Part shown: positions 27,701 through 29,290 of the stretch, piece after piece
How the letters are laid out: the number at the start of each line of letters is the position of its first letter
Numbering within the stretch: position 1 is the first letter of the stretch
DNA from: an uncultured Bacteroidota bacterium
Lineage (GTDB): Bacteria > Bacteroidota > Bacteroidia > Chitinophagales > Chitinophagaceae
Assembly: GCA_903929655.1 (NCBI GenBank)
Contig: CAIYVS010000746.1
Coordinates: forward strand, 1-29,290
DNA: 29,290 nt
Direction of reading: 5' to 3'
Translations under genes and position numbers: made by a program
Notes under the pieces: model-generated
The model's input: only the letters and a program-made list of their open reading frames with translations
The model's database searches: none
What the model was told of the DNA's origin: nothing

Positions 27701-28741
27701 GCCAAGATCGGCAAGAGAACAGAGATATCAACCGCCAGCAGCGTAACACACCCCTTGCTGGAAATTGGTAAAGGTTCTTTTGTGGCAGATGCTGTGACAT
27801 TGGGAGAAGCAGATATACGCGGTCAGCAATTGATACTGGACAAGACCATTATAGGCAACAGCAGTTTTGTTGGCAACAGCGCCCTGATACCACAAGGTTA
27901 TAATTTACCCAGCCATATGCTGATAGGCGTATTATCTACTCCGCCTACTGCCTCACAATTAGAATCAGCCAATGCAAGGAACTGGTTTGGCTCACCCGCC
28001 ATACCCTTGCCACGCAGGCAGGAAAGCCATCCTTTTTCGTTAAGGCTTACCACTTTCCCTACTGTGCAGAGAAGACTGGCGCGGAGCCTTGTGGAACTGG
28101 TGAGGATATTGATACCCGAAACCATTGTTCTTTGCTGCAGTATTTTATTCATCGCTTACGCCCACGATCTGCTGGTTACAAAAAAATGGTGGAAGATCAT
28201 GCTGGAATTGCCATTCTATTATTTATACTTCATGGGCCTGCCGGCTTTCCTGGTAACCGTAATTATAAAATGGCTTGCCGTAGGTAAGTATAAAGTTCAG
28301 CAAAAACCTATGTGGACATCCAGGGTGTGGATGAGCGAAGCGATCACCACTACCTACGAGGCTCTCGCTGTACCCTTCTTCCTCTCTTATTTGCAGGGCA
28401 CCTGCTGGCTCCCTATACTATTGCGCTTATTAGGCGTTAAAACAGGTAAAAGGGTTTGGATGAACACAACTGATATTACAGAGCATGATATGGTTTCTAT
28501 TGGGGACGACACCGCCCTTAATGAAGATTGCGGCCCGCAAACACATCTTTTTGAAGACAGGGTGATGAAAACCGGCACGGTGACTATAGGCGCACGCTGC
28601 AGCATTGGCGCCCGTTCTATTATCTTATACGACAGCGAGATAGAAAACGATGTGCGTGTGGAACCATTATCATTATTAATGAAAGGAGAGAAACTGCAGG
28701 AAGGCACCGAATGGACCGGCAGCCCAGTAAGACCATTATAA
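24800..28741 (+). CDS. Single-module membrane-bound NRPS-like homopoly(amino acid) synthetase (Pls/PosA family): A-T-6TM with three C-like/LbH repeats
   Basis: A-domain cores YTSGSTGTPKG, NSYGPTE, GELVISG, YRTGD, GRLDDQIKLRGYRIELGEIE and SGKIDR; carrier motif LGGHSL (Ser codon 26456-26458). Six hydrophobic segments alternate with three LG(V/A)K(I/T) hexapeptide-repeat domains; terminal QTHLFEDR. No condensation or TE domain. Start set to ATG 24800. Confidence 0.92.
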   Translation: MDSISIIKGPERLDLLHDETLADIFRASAKLYANKTSLVFNEQYLNYTNLDRWSDAVAAYLVQKGIGRGQTVGLWYPRSLELHVAILGIVKSGAAYVPLDREMPPERVITVLTEVGASGIFSLDPIQVNCPVFSVVPMPKASEKIEVSAGPQPDDWAYVLYTSGSTGTPKGIPITHRQISQLARAEQSIFNIRSEDRVYQGFSVSFDMWCEETWISYLAGASIWVADAATAKSIDELSDVLRKENISILHAVPSLLAILEDDIPSLRLVNAGGEACTPQVLSRWSTPEREFYNSYGPTETTVTATLARLNPGDPITIGLPIPNYNLAVVDEHLNPVPMGERGELVISGPGLSNGYINRPELTREKFVPKPESLNAIPGDRIYRTGDAAIINANGSVDFYGRLDDQIKLRGYRIELGEIEARLNNLPGISAAAVAVKKDANLQEQLVGYVLAEDLTEFSEPVLRAELAKVLPPYMVPAIIVALPEMPRLASGKIDRKNLPIPDSLLQKAASGETEAIDPNSSVSARVKAALSIVFPNRPIDLEQDFFTDLGGHSLLAAVFISKLRKEGQLKNVSLKDIYLHRPMNKLVAEWESKAGTKAREKRAFNPIPRGRYLACAFAQTLALIVVYGLFAIQIFLPYLGYYYVEEDTNNLGYAVGTALCMFCLIPAFFSIISIATKWLVIGKIKEGDYPLWGVYYFRWWFVKTLQRLMQVQFLNGTPLYPVYLRMLGVKIAPDAQLSAMTIGAEDLVSIGSDVSISSQAILNNAVVEDGLLKLRRITLGDHAYIGSSAIIAGDTTIEAWGELQDLSFLPPGKTIKEGEVWQGSPAVFVKKRPLDELPQPLHVSAGRRRVYSFIFLLLLLLFPFMVLLPILPTIIIINNIDNALPDYDFSYLVITPFLSLSYIILFAFVTVVLTRWLQKGIKPGKYFIYSPFYLRKWFADQLMSLSLIVLHPIYATVYVSTLFRALGAKIGKRTEISTASSVTHPLLEIGKGSFVADAVTLGEADIRGQQLILDKTIIGNSSFVGNSALIPQGYNLPSHMLIGVLSTPPTASQLESANARNWFGSPAIPLPRRQESHPFSLRLTTFPTVQRRLARSLVELVRILIPETIVLCCSILFIAYAHDLLVTKKWWKIMLELPFYYLYFMGLPAFLVTVIIKWLAVGKYKVQQKPMWTSRVWMSEAITTTYEALAVPFFLSYLQGTCWLPILLRLLGVKTGKRVWMNTTDITEHDMVSIGDDTALNEDCGPQTHLFEDRVMKTGTVTIGARCSIGARSIILYDSEIENDVRVEPLSLLMKGEKLQEGTEWTGSPVRPL

Positions 28742-28873
28742 TATTCCAATCGTTTCTACAAATTTATACCAATTGGACATTTAAATTCTGTTTGAGCATT
28801 TTGGCTAAAGCCCCTCCTCATCATATTTCTACATACCCCCAACCTGAAGATCAGGACAATTGTCAGGAAATTT

Positions 28874-28897
28874 GTTGTTGGTCAGGCGACCAACAAC
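28874..28897. terminator. Hairpin downstream of the synthetase, possible terminator
   Basis: Perfect 10-bp stem GTTGTTGGTC-aggc-GACCAACAAC followed only by a weak CTTT tract. Confidence 0.4.
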
Positions 28898-28994
28898 CTT
28901 TGGAAAAATGCATTGACATGTAAAGTTCAGTGCAATTGGGTGCATTTCAAATTTTAGCTGTAATAGCAGGACAATGTGTTGTGATGAGTGTTGC

Positions 28995-29022
28995 GTAGAG
29001 ACGGGATGCATCCCGTCTCTAC
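28995..29022. repeat. 28-bp perfect palindrome, REP-like element of the GTAGAGACG...CGTCTCTAC type
   Basis: GTAGAGACGGGATG|CATCCCGTCTCTAC is fully self-complementary and begins with the GTAG tetranucleotide typical of REP/RAYT-associated repeats. Confidence 0.75.
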
Positions 29023-29290
29023 ATAGGGTCTGCTGAATAAGTCAAGGCATAGCATGATTTGCAATTTTCTATTGAATTTCAAGCAATTTTGCCTGTTTAT
29101 TATAGACAATACATCTGTGATGCTAATTTTCGCAAGAGAAATCTATTGTGATAAAAAAAGAGATGCAAGGTTTTAGAGGTGTTTTATCCCAAATCCATGC
29201 ACTTGCAGTAATAAAATCACTATTAAATGTAAGCTGGATAAGGGTTTCATACTTTCGCAGCAGGCCCTACATACATGTTATTATAAAATA

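Noticed and set aside
205-28741. Functional link between the arg operon (ornithine supply) and the Pls-like synthetase
   Set aside because: They are 16 kb apart with unrelated genes between them, an ArgF'-type pathway does not pass through free ornithine, and the A-domain code looks more Dab-like. Proximity alone is not evidence.
1055-28749. The many 60-163 aa ORFs in the track lying antisense or out of frame inside long genes (e.g. 1055-1534+, 3409-3858+, 16556-16984-, 20430-20921-, 28387-28749-)
   Set aside because: They sit wholly or almost wholly within well-supported genes, have Ser/Ile/Phe-skewed shadow composition and show no recognisable motifs.
28711-29011. Short ORFs 28711-28923+ and 28829-29011-
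   Set aside because: No motifs; one overlaps the synthetase end and the other takes its ATG from the centre of the palindromic repeat.
29240-29290. Promoter-like TACTTTCG and an ATG near the right edge
   Set aside because: The ATG is followed by a stop after two codons (ATG TTA TTA TAA) and the downstream gene is outside the window, so it cannot be supported.
1-29290. tRNA, rRNA, CRISPR arrays or IS elements
   Set aside because: None was recognised: no cloverleaf-like sequence, regularly spaced repeats or transposase ORF by manual inspection.

Overview
A Bacteroidota-like chromosomal window, probably Chitinophagaceae/Sphingobacteriales (inferred from gene content, TAnnTTTG-type promoters and Gln at +1 after signal peptides). 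It has four blocks. (1) 205-8720 (- strand): a complete 8-gene arginine operon (GNAT argA-like, argG, argC, argD, argF', argB, argE-like, argH). It is preceded by an unannotated 42-codon leader ORF ending RVRR, which lies in a strongly structured 5' leader (candidate arginine attenuator). (2) 8910-21788: a mannose/N-glycan hydrolase cluster (2x GH92, ROK kinase, Tat-exported GH125, a GH2 resembling plant endo-beta-mannosidase, GH20), interrupted by a histidine phosphatase and a DUF1003 gene. No SusC/SusD is in view. (3) 21838-22841: a toxin-antitoxin-like patch (UPF0175 + DUF3368/PIN, then a frameshifted XRE-HTH gene missing from the ORF track). (4) 22888-29022: a SulP-STAS transporter divergent from a standalone membrane-bound Pls/PosA-type homopoly(amino acid) synthetase. 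Its manually read A-domain code (DMEHNGSVTK) resembles the diaminobutyrate code. Hairpins and a 28-bp REP-like palindrome follow. All calls come from manual motif reading; no database search was run.
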